This document shows, piece after piece, positions 53,059 through 64,000 of a stretch of DNA of 64,000 nucleotides (its first letter is position 1; each line of letters starts with the position of its first letter). The notes under the pieces were generated by a model. That model did no database searches. It had not been told where the DNA came from and saw only the letters and a list, made by a program, of their open reading frames with translations. The stretch is from Oscillospiraceae bacterium. GTDB lineage: Bacteria; Bacillota; Clostridia; Oscillospirales; Oscillospiraceae. Where the stretch lies: NCBI GenBank assembly GCA_009787625.1, contig WQSX01000011.1, positions 5,842 to 69,841 on the forward strand, read 5' to 3'. A program made the position numbers and the translations under genes.

Positions 53059-53174
53059 TTTATAGTTCACCTTCTTTTATTTCTTGCACCAATGGAAAAT
53101 GGAAAATAGGGCATAAATGCGTGCTTAGTGCGTTGAATACTTGAATAACTTTCAATTTTCAATTAAGTTGAAAA

Positions 53175-55452
<2,278 letters not shown>

Positions 55453-55478
55453 AGACTTAACCTCTTACACTCTTTAGC

Positions 55479-57507
<2,029 letters not shown>

Positions 57508-57520
<13 letters not shown>

Positions 57521-58056
57521 TTCACTTCCTCCAAGTCAGACATGGTCTCTTCAAAGAGCCTGTCATGAGTTTCCTTGTTGATGGCAAGTGAAACAAACTT
57601 TTCAGCCATGACGGCAGACACATCAATAATAGCGGTGCGCATGTCGTTTTCTGCGCGCTCCCATTCCATATCAACATTCTGTGCCGCACGCTCTCTGATT
57701 GAATCTGCTTCGCTCTTTGCATCGTCAATGAGACGACGTGAAGAGTCGGCCGCCGCTTTTCGAGCCTGCGAGAGAATTTCCTCGCGTTCGACTTGCGCGC
57801 CTTCCATCATTTTTTCGTATTTTTGCCTGAGCTCTGTGGCTTTTTCCAATTCTTCCTCAGCCTGAGTGAGCTGACCTTGAATTCTCTCGGTACGTTTTTG
57901 CAGAGCAGTGCGCACGGGCCTGTAAAGCAAAAATGCTAGCAGTGCCGCAAGTGCAACAACATTGAGAATATTAAAAAAGGCTTCCGACACTGTTTGCGCA
58001 TCCATTCCGAGAATACGCGGTTCAGGTAAGGTTGAAAGAAAAAATGCAAAGTCCAT
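57508..58056 (-). CDS. atpF: Fo ATP synthase b subunit
   Basis: An N-terminal TM followed by a long charged helix. Operon position supports the call. Confidence 0.85.
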
Positions 58057-58129
58057 TAAGAGTCACCCTCTTCCGTTAAAGACGTTTAAGTGCGCTAAAT
58101 TTTGGGTAGGGGAATTTAGCCGACCCGAG

Positions 58130-58417
58130 TTAGACCAACCCCAACATTTGAGCATACTCAACGAGGCGGGTGAAAAGAGGATTGACAAATAGCAGAACCA
58201 TAGCTACGACAAGACCGTAAATACCGTTTGTTTCGGCCATCGCCAAGCTGATGATCATAGCTGTGTTAATCGAGCCTTTCGCTTCAGGTTGACGAGCAAT
58301 TGATTCAATCGCTTTCGCTGCGATGTTTCCTTGCCCGAGGGTTGTCAGGATACCTGCAAAAACAGCCAGAGCTGCTGCGTATTGTCCTGCAACGACGACA
58401 TTAGCCAGAAATTCCAT
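58130..58417 (-). CDS. atpE: Fo ATP synthase c subunit (Na+-type ion-site signature)
   Basis: Two-helix hairpin with an 'ARQPE' loop. Contains 'GQG' on helix 1 and 'AETNGIY' on helix 2. Confidence 0.9.
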   Translation of the reverse strand: MEFLANVVVAGQYAAALAVFAGILTTLGQGNIAAKAIESIARQPEAKGSINTAMIISLAMAETNGIYGLVVAMVLLFVNPLFTRLVEYAQMLGLV

Positions 58418-58489
58418 GAAATGTTCCTCCGATTCCTATTTGATATTTGTTTTATGTGAATTTAATTGTGCGTAATTTAAGTGCGAGGA

Positions 58490-59197
58490 TTATCCTGTGG
58501 GGGATTCGTCAAGAGCCGCTGCACCTTTTATGAAGGAGAGGCTGAGTGTGACGAAGATATATGTTTGAAGTACACCCGCAAACAGATCGAAATAGCCGTG
58601 CATAAATGCGGGGAATCCTATCTGGAAGAACCACGGCATTAGCGAATAGATGAGGGTCATCATGACAGTTCCTGCAAGGATATTGCCGAACAGACGGAAA
58701 CTCAGGGATATAGGTCTTGCTATTTCACCGATGAGGTTTATTGGTAAAAACAGCCAAGAGAGATAGTAAGGCTTTATCATGTCGGCAAGGTATGCTCCGC
58801 CGCGGAACTTTAAGCCTATAATTTGTATTAATAGGAATGTTACAATGGCGAGAGCCACAGTCATCGACCAATCTGCTGTTGGTGGCCTAAGTCCGAACAT
58901 ACCGCTGATGTTTGCGAGAAGTATAAAGACAAAGAGCGTGAAAAACCAGTTCCCAAGGAACATGAGCTTTCCGCCCGCTGTGGTATGCAAATAATTTTCA
59001 AAGGCTTCGACCAACATTTCCACAACGTTTTGGAAACCTTTGGGCACTTCCGTGAATTTTCTGGATTTAATTCGGACAATTAGAGCAAACACAACAAGCA
59101 CACCACCGATAATCCAAGTGCTGACTATTGTGTCGGTAATTAAAAACTGTAGACCGAAAATATTAATAGCTCCATGTATTTGATTATTAAAATCCAA
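58490..59197 (-). CDS. atpB: Fo ATP synthase a subunit
   Basis: Conserved 'SLSFRLFGNILAG' contains the essential Arg. TTG at 59197 lies 6 nt after AAGAGGA. The track ORF extends to 59296. Confidence 0.88.
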   Translation of the reverse strand: MDFNNQIHGAINIFGLQFLITDTIVSTWIIGGVLVVFALIVRIKSRKFTEVPKGFQNVVEMLVEAFENYLHTTAGGKLMFLGNWFFTLFVFILLANISGMFGLRPPTADWSMTVALAIVTFLLIQIIGLKFRGGAYLADMIKPYYLSWLFLPINLIGEIARPISLSFRLFGNILAGTVMMTLIYSLMPWFFQIGFPAFMHGYFDLFAGVLQTYIFVTLSLSFIKGAAALDESPTG

Positions 59198-59417
59198 TGT
59201 TATCCTCTTTTCCTGACCGTTATTTATATAAAAAATAGGGTGCGTGTGAGATAAAATGGTACTTAACACTTGCAAGTATGTCACAAAAAAATACAATCTT
59301 GTAAATTATAAAGCAAGTTATACTAAATGTCAATATGTACAAATACTATAAATACTAAACTTATTGTTAACAAATAGTGTTATAGTTTACACAATATACT
59401 CATTATATGCAATACTT

Positions 59418-59957
59418 CTACTCAGAATTTTCTTCACTCTGAGCTTCAGTTAAAGTTTCTTCTAATGAGCCATCTTGCAGGGAATTTTCTTGCTCTGTCG
59501 TGTTAGGCTCAGAACTTTCAAGTGGTGGGTTTTCCTGTGAAAATGTGCCCGGTGGTAAGTCCTCTTCAAATTTCATAAAGCGTATGATGATTACGGCAAT
59601 TTGCATTGTAAAGAGCCCTGCAATTGCGCCAAAGACTGTTGCGGTTGGAATAGGAGTATACATATATAGTAGGCCGATTGCCAAAAGTATGATAACGGTT
59701 CCGAAATATCTGACAAGGTATTGAAACTTTACATAGTTCTTCCCAATATCAGGGTCGTCCATTTCTGTAATCTTATTGACTGCACGGTCAAGCATACGAA
59801 TTTTAAAAACATTGACCACAGACATTATAGCCACGCTGAGTGCAAAAGGCACAGCTTCCCACGAACGGTACACAATCACACCGAGGAGGCTCATTACAGC
59901 TCCTGTTATTATTATCCACTGAATAATTTTTTGTGATGGTTTTGATAAATTACGCAT
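59418..59957 (-). CDS. atpI: ATP synthase subunit I-like membrane protein with acidic C-terminal tail
   Basis: Four hydrophobic helices. Lies immediately upstream of atpB. Confidence 0.6.
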   Translation of the reverse strand: MRNLSKPSQKIIQWIIITGAVMSLLGVIVYRSWEAVPFALSVAIMSVVNVFKIRMLDRAVNKITEMDDPDIGKNYVKFQYLVRYFGTVIILLAIGLLYMYTPIPTATVFGAIAGLFTMQIAVIIIRFMKFEEDLPPGTFSQENPPLESSEPNTTEQENSLQDGSLEETLTEAQSEENSE

Positions 59958-59974
59958 TTCTAATCATGTTCCTT

Positions 59975-60196
59975 CTAAATTTTCTTTGCAAATTCAAATA
60001 TTGATTTTATTGCCGCAACTATGCCGAAAATGGTAAAAACCAGCATTAACCACGGTGTTGTGTTTAATAGCCTGTCGAGGAACCAACCGAGCCCAATTCC
60101 TACGGCAACGCATGCAATTATGGATATACCAACCTGAGAGAGCATGGCGAGTGCTCTTGCAAATTCGTTTGCGTCTGTCTTTTTGTGATTTTGCAT
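59975..60196 (-). CDS. AtpZ/AtpI-family small membrane protein
   Basis: 'GISIIACVAVGIGLGWFLDRLLNTTPW' is an AtpZ-like motif. ATG 60196 follows GGAGGAGG. Confidence 0.65.
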   Translation of the reverse strand: MQNHKKTDANEFARALAMLSQVGISIIACVAVGIGLGWFLDRLLNTTPWLMLVFTIFGIVAAIKSIFEFAKKI

Positions 60197-60292
60197 AAGC
60201 GTTCCTCCTCCGTGCGCTTTTCTGCTGTGTATCAAAACGGCAGCCGCCCGCAGGGCCGGGTGTTTTGATACCACAACTTTAGCAATTGTATA

Positions 60293-60658
60293 TTATGACT
60301 TCTCTATGTGTTTCTTTATCGCTGCGAAACTTTCATCGCTGATTGAATGTTCCATCTTGCAGGCATCACGCTCCGCTGTCTCTCGCGATACGCCCAACGA
60401 TACGAGCCATTCGGATATGAGCGTATGTCGCTCGTACATGGATATGGCGATACTTTGTCCTTCATCTGTGAGACTGATGTGTCCGCTTGACTCGACTTTA
60501 ATGAGGTTTTTCTCTCGAAGATTTTTCATGGCTACGCTGATGCTGGCCCTGCTGTAGCTGAGTTCATTTGCAATATCAACAGAGCGGACAGCATTTCCGC
60601 CTTTTCCGAGCATGTAGATAGTTTCAAGGTAGGTCTCTTCGGATTCTTGTGTTCTCAA
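60293..60658 (-). CDS. DtxR/MntR-family metal-dependent transcriptional regulator
   Basis: 'ETYLETIYML...VRSVDIANELSYSRASISVAMKNLREKNLI' is the wHTH region. TTG at 60658 lies 6 nt after GAGGGG. The track ORF extends to 60706. Confidence 0.8.
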   Translation of the reverse strand: MRTQESEETYLETIYMLGKGGNAVRSVDIANELSYSRASISVAMKNLREKNLIKVESSGHISLTDEGQSIAISMYERHTLISEWLVSLGVSRETAERDACKMEHSISDESFAAIKKHIEKS

Positions 60659-60790
60659 AAGCTTCCCCTCACTTACAAGTCGTTTTTTATGTAGTAACAC
60701 AGACATAGTAGCATATTCTTTTTACAAAATCAATAAAATAGAAAACTCGTAATGTGCTGCCTACGAGTTTTCGTTATTGCTTCACACATA

Positions 60791-60882
60791 CCTCGTCATT
60801 GCGGCCTCCGAGCCGCAATCCCCTGAATAGTGAGCATAACCGTGGGGGATTGTGAGTCAAGCTCGCAATGACGAACTCTTAA
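60791..60882 (+). repeat. ~95-nt double-hairpin intergenic repeat, copy 2
   Basis: Aligns with 47611-47706. The second hairpin carries a compensatory G-C to A-T change and a C-G to U.G change. Confidence 0.8.
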
Positions 60883-60930
60883 CTGTCCATTCCGTGCTAC
60901 CCGTATACTGAAACGGTTTTATACATATAA

Positions 60931-61317
60931 CTATTTTACCTCAGTTTTCCATAGTCCGTGTAGGTTGCAATATGCATATACGGAAACCGGCTTGTCAGCG
61001 GAAAAGGCGAATGACACCTCCGGTGTGTCTCCTACTTTTAAGGTTTTGCGCTGACCGCCGCACTGCGTTTCTACGTACACAAAACTGATGTGGTGAGCTT
61101 CTTCCATGGGGTGAAGTGTACTGCCAACACTCACTTTTATGCTGTCGCCTGAAACTGTTACAACAGGCAGGTGTTTTTCTACACTTGCCTCTACTGTGTT
61201 TGGGACAACTTCTGTCATTTTTTCACCGCAACACATCAGGGGCACATTTTTGTTTTCAATAAAACCCACTAAATTGCCGCAGTGTCCGCAAACATAAAAT
61301 TTTTGATTGTCATTCAT
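60931..61317 (-). CDS. dfx: desulfoferrodoxin (2Fe superoxide reductase)
   Basis: N-terminal 'CGHCGNLV...CCG' desulforedoxin-like site. The SOR centre shows 'KHLPVV', 'HPMEEAHHI' and 'CNLHGLW'. Confidence 0.88.
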   Translation of the reverse strand: MNDNQKFYVCGHCGNLVGFIENKNVPLMCCGEKMTEVVPNTVEASVEKHLPVVTVSGDSIKVSVGSTLHPMEEAHHISFVYVETQCGGQRKTLKVGDTPEVSFAFSADKPVSVYAYCNLHGLWKTEVK

Positions 61318-61497
61318 AGTAAAATCTCCTTTTTTGTCAGCTTTTGTTGCTTATACTTCATTATCGAGCTATTATAGCACATGGTCGTAAATAAATTGTT
61401 ACAAAGTTACTAAAATTTTGTTTTATGTATATTCACGATTTAGCTGTTGAATTTATATTATATGGTATGATAAAATTACCTTACGGAGGAGAAGTTT

Positions 61498-62706
61498 ATG
61501 CATAGTATAAAAAAAGTAACTGATGACTTAATTTGGGTTGGTGCAAATGACCGCCGTTTGGCTATGTTTGAGGGGGTTTACTCTGTTCCGAACGGGGTTT
61601 CGTATAATTCCTATTTGCTTTTAGATGAAAAGACCGTGCTTTTTGACACGGTGGACAAGGCTGTAGTCGGGCGTTTTATGGAAAATGTTTGTTTCGCTTT
61701 GAGTGGTAGAAATCTCGATTACCTAGTTGTGCAACATATGGAGCCTGACCATTCTGCGGCACTTATGGAAATCATCGCAAAATATCCCGATGTGGAAATT
61801 GTTTGTAATGCAAAGACGTTTAATTTTATCGAGCAATTTAATAATGTTCCCATTAGTTCCGAAGGGGAACTGAATATTAAAATTGTAAAAGAGGGCGATA
61901 CTTTAAAAACGGGGAAGCATAGCCTCTGCTTTTTAATGGCACCAATGGTTCATTGGCCTGAGGTTATGGTAACTTATGACGAGACCGATAAGATACTTTT
62001 TTCAGCGGACGCATTTGGAACTTTCGGTGCGCTGAATGGTGCATTGTTTGCCGATGAAGTGGATTTTGACAAGGATTATATGGACGAAGCTAGGCGGTAT
62101 TATTCCAATATTGTCGGAAAATATGGCGCGCAGGTTCAAATGCTGCTAAAGAAAGCATCTGCGATTTCTATTGAACTTATCTGCCCTTTGCATGGTTTTG
62201 TTTGGCGTAGGGATTTTGATAGTATTATAGAGAAGTATATGCTTTGGAGTCAGTATTTGCCTGAGGAAAAAGGTGTTATGATTGCCTATGCTTCTGTATA
62301 CGGCAACACGGAAAACGCTGCTGAAATGCTTGCCTGCCGTCTGCGTGATAGGGGTATTGCGACTGCCATGTTTGATGTGTCTGTTACGCACGCATCGGAA
62401 ATAATTGCGGCGGCTTTTAGATTTAGTCATTTTGTCTTTGCGTCTACCACCTACAATGCGGGGATTTTTGTGTCTATGGAGGATTTTCTAAACGACCTTA
62501 TAGCGCACAACATTCAGAACCGCACTGTCGGTATTATTGAAAACGGCTCATGGGCGGCGACAAGTGGGGATTTGATTCGCAAGAAATTTGATGCGTGCAA
62601 AAACATAAATGTGTTAGAGCAAGTGGTAAGTATAAAATCAGGCGTAAAAGAGGCGCAGCTTAATGAAATCGAAGCGATGGTCACCGCCATTGCGGCAGAC
62701 TTTTAA
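61498..62706 (+). CDS. fprA: FprA-type flavodiiron protein (metallo-beta-lactamase + flavodoxin domains)
   Basis: 'VVQHMEPDHS' diiron motif, with a C-terminal flavodoxin-like 'IAYASVYGNTE'. Confidence 0.88.
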   Translation: MHSIKKVTDDLIWVGANDRRLAMFEGVYSVPNGVSYNSYLLLDEKTVLFDTVDKAVVGRFMENVCFALSGRNLDYLVVQHMEPDHSAALMEIIAKYPDVEIVCNAKTFNFIEQFNNVPISSEGELNIKIVKEGDTLKTGKHSLCFLMAPMVHWPEVMVTYDETDKILFSADAFGTFGALNGALFADEVDFDKDYMDEARRYYSNIVGKYGAQVQMLLKKASAISIELICPLHGFVWRRDFDSIIEKYMLWSQYLPEEKGVMIAYASVYGNTENAAEMLACRLRDRGIATAMFDVSVTHASEIIAAAFRFSHFVFASTTYNAGIFVSMEDFLNDLIAHNIQNRTVGIIENGSWAATSGDLIRKKFDACKNINVLEQVVSIKSGVKEAQLNEIEAMVTAIAADF

Positions 62707-62773
62707 GGTGCGGAAGAGGTGTATTTGTTTATATGCACTGCGCCGAGTGTAGTAGTGAGGGGAGGTGAAACTA

Positions 62774-62926
62774 ATGAAGTATGAGTGTATTTGTGGATAT
62801 GTGTACGACGAGACAACAGGAGACCCTGAAAACGGAGTACCGGCAGGAACAAAATGGGCAGACGTGCCCGACGATTTTGTGTGTCCTGTTTGCAACTTGG
62901 ACAAGAGCGAATTTACTGCGGTGTAA
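62774..62926 (+). CDS. rubredoxin (50 aa, below track cutoff)
   Basis: GGAGGTGA upstream. Manual translation: MKYECICGYVYDETTGDPENGVPAGTKWADVPDDFVCPVCNLDKSEFTAV, with CxxG...CPxC. Confidence 0.85.
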   Translation: MKYECICGYVYDETTGDPENGVPAGTKWADVPDDFVCPVCNLDKSEFTAV

Positions 62927-62951
62927 TGGGGAATTTGACTAAAACTTTTGA

Positions 62952-62981
62952 TTGACAAGTTGATGTATAGGGTGCTACAAT
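62952..62981 (+). promoter_or_regulatory. strong promoter directing transcription into the nested inverted-repeat element
   Basis: TTGACA (62952-62957), 18 nt, TACAAT (62976-62981). Confidence 0.6.
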
Positions 62982-62985
62982 AAAC

Positions 62986-63343
62986 GCAAAGGCGTAACCT
63001 CCTTTCGTGGCGGTTAGCCCGTTGGGACTAAGTAAAAGCCGAGCCTTACCGGGGGCGGCTTTTACGCTTTCCTATGAGTTTCATCACCCGTATCGAAACA
63101 TATACTCGCGGTCATAAATATTTGCAGTTTCTTGCTTGTCTTTTTTCCATCCTGCTTCGTTGTCGTCCTTGCCTTGCGTCAGCAAGGCTGCGTCCTCCGC
63201 CTCACAGGGTGAAAAAAATCCTGTGCAATAATTCTGCAAATATTTATGACCGCGAGTATAATATCCGAAGATATGAAAGGTGAATTGAATCACAGGCATC
63301 ACCTCGCTTTCGCTCAGTAATACGCTAACCGCCACGCCTTTGC
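62986..63343 (+). other. 358-nt nested inverted-repeat element (candidate large structured ncRNA or DNA palindrome)
   Basis: Outer pairing joins 62986-62994 plus 63008-63018 with 63324-63343 (20 bp). Inner perfect 27-bp inverted repeat 63101-63127 / 63234-63260 encloses 106 nt with two local hairpins. Confidence 0.6.
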
Positions 63344-63393
63344 TCGATGAGCATATCACAAAACCTTTTAAAATTGCAACCACAGCAGAAATG

Positions 63394-63428
63394 CCCAAAA
63401 CTACAATCTACGGTTTTGGGGCGTTTTA
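63394..63428 (+). terminator. intrinsic terminator following the nested-IR element
   Basis: cccaaaac-loop-gttttggg (8 bp) followed by gcgTTTTaT. Confidence 0.6.
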
Positions 63429-63588
63429 TGTAGAATATTAAAACTTATCGAGTGCTTTTTCTACAAGATTTTCTACATTTGGGAGTGTTTATTAAATTTT
63501 TGTGAATGGGTGGCACTGCTAATTATACAACGGCAACCACACAACTAACATAGACGCACAGCCTGTAGCCGCTCAAACAAAATTTTGC

Positions 63589-63638
63589 TTGACAAAAAGC
63601 GTTAGTATGTGCTAACATGCTAGTTAGTTGAAGCTAAC
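63589..63638 (+). promoter_or_regulatory. feoA promoter with two GTTAG-N6-CTAAC inverted repeats
   Basis: TTGACA (63589-63594), 18 nt, TAACAT (63613-63618). Inverted repeats at 63601-63616 and 63623-63638. Confidence 0.5.
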
Positions 63639-63688
63639 GCTGTCCGGGTGTGTAGCGTTGTTGAAAATTTTTGAAAGGAATGGTTGTT

Positions 63689-63952
63689 ATGAGCTCAGAA
63701 ATTAGCTTATATAAGGCGAAAAAAGATAATATATATAATGTAGTAACTGTTCCTGATATCGAACTTTTGAAAAGTTTGGGGATTCGGCAGGACACGAGAG
63801 TGCAGGTGATATGTCAGTATCCTCTGGGCGGTCCTACTCTTGTCCGTATTGAAGATTCGAGCACTGTGGCGGTGGGTAAGGATATTGCATCTTTGGTTAC
63901 TGTTGTGCCTGAGACGGGTAATGCTCAAGATGATGGGGAGGATGCAGCTTAA
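63689..63952 (+). CDS. feoA: FeoA-family ferrous iron transport protein
   Basis: 'LKSLGIRQDTRVQVICQYPLGGPTLVRIEDSTVAVGKDIASLVTV' fits the FeoA SH3-like pattern. ATG 63689 lies inside track ORF 63671..63952. Confidence 0.75.
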   Translation: MSSEISLYKAKKDNIYNVVTVPDIELLKSLGIRQDTRVQVICQYPLGGPTLVRIEDSSTVAVGKDIASLVTVVPETGNAQDDGEDAA

Positions 63953-64000
63953 TGAGCAAACCGCACAGCCATAAGCGTAAGCATGATATAAACCCTGAGG
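63952..64000 (+). CDS. start of a downstream gene, probably feoB (partial)
   Basis: ATG overlaps the feoA stop (TAATG). Only MSKPHSHKRKHDINPE is visible and no G-domain motif is in the window. The call rests on synteny alone. Confidence 0.3.
   Translation, partial: MSKPHSHKRKHDINPE

Noticed and set aside
62986-63060. Possible c-di-GMP-I (GEMM-I) riboswitch (ACGCAAAGGCG..GGGACUAAG..AAAGCC)
   Set aside because: It has only loose resemblance to the GGCAAACC / GGGACGCAAAGCC cores. It lacks the GNRA tetraloop-receptor architecture, and no regulated ORF follows directly.
63101-63260. Invertible promoter (inverton) interpretation of the 27-bp IR pair
   Set aside because: The 106-nt core contains no recognisable -35/-10 in either orientation, and no invertase gene is nearby. 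It cannot be excluded without read-level inversion analysis, so it is kept only as a test under the main finding.
62986-63343. Retron msr-msd interpretation of the nested inverted repeats
   Set aside because: The a1/a2-like outer repeats and long inner hairpin are reminiscent of a retron. However, no reverse transcriptase gene follows; the next gene is feoA.
63074-63398. Overlapping 69-aa (+) and 104-aa (-) ORFs between rubredoxin and feoA
   Set aside because: Both contain mirror-image peptides (YTRGHKYLQ / ANIYDREY) because they read through the perfect 27-bp inverted repeat. Neither has an SD. They are treated as artefacts of the palindrome.

Overview
Low-GC Firmicutes/Clostridia-like chromosome (taxonomy inferred from gene content only) carrying one complete ~34.9 kb siphovirus-type prophage (7118-42036). 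It is inserted in tRNA-Leu(UAA) and bounded by an imperfect 56-nt duplication of the tRNA 3' half. Left flank (1-7117): partial hybrid sensor kinase, PfkB kinase, tRNA-Ser(GCU), small conserved and hypothetical genes. Prophage order: integrase, hicAB, a hidden par/Fst-like type I toxin-antitoxin, a cI-lipoprotein lysogeny operon, cro-like gene, early region, late activator, HNH/TerS/TerL, HK97-type head genes, tail genes with a -1 frameshift chaperone, TMP/Dit/Tal/fibre, XhlA-holin-amidase lysis cassette. The early region holds four copies of a conserved 35-nt leader, two antisense small genes, a portal C-terminal paralog, a ~300-nt structured non-coding segment, PAPS-reductase-like, PcfK/AcrIIA9-like, PcfJ, DUF3102 and YopX genes, and an HUH Rep. 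Right flank (42069-64000): TrpB2, cheC, rsmA, rsmI, a frameshifted ferredoxin, isochorismatase-family hydrolase and Fe-ADH genes, a TupA-like binding protein, motAB directly downstream of a complete F1Fo operon whose c subunit has a Na+-type signature, a DtxR-like regulator, dfx/fprA/rubredoxin, and feoA with the start of feoB. No rRNA or CRISPR array is present. Best candidates for undescribed biology: (1) the repeat-led early cassette at 11.2-13.0 kb (portal-fragment ORF plus structured RNA plus antisense morons); (2) the Fst-like type I TA at 9.13-9.42 kb; (3) a promoter-to-terminator ~440-nt nested inverted-repeat RNA/DNA element at 62.95-63.43 kb; (4) a ~95-nt double-hairpin repeat with a compensatory change. 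All family assignments come from motif recognition by eye, not from searches.
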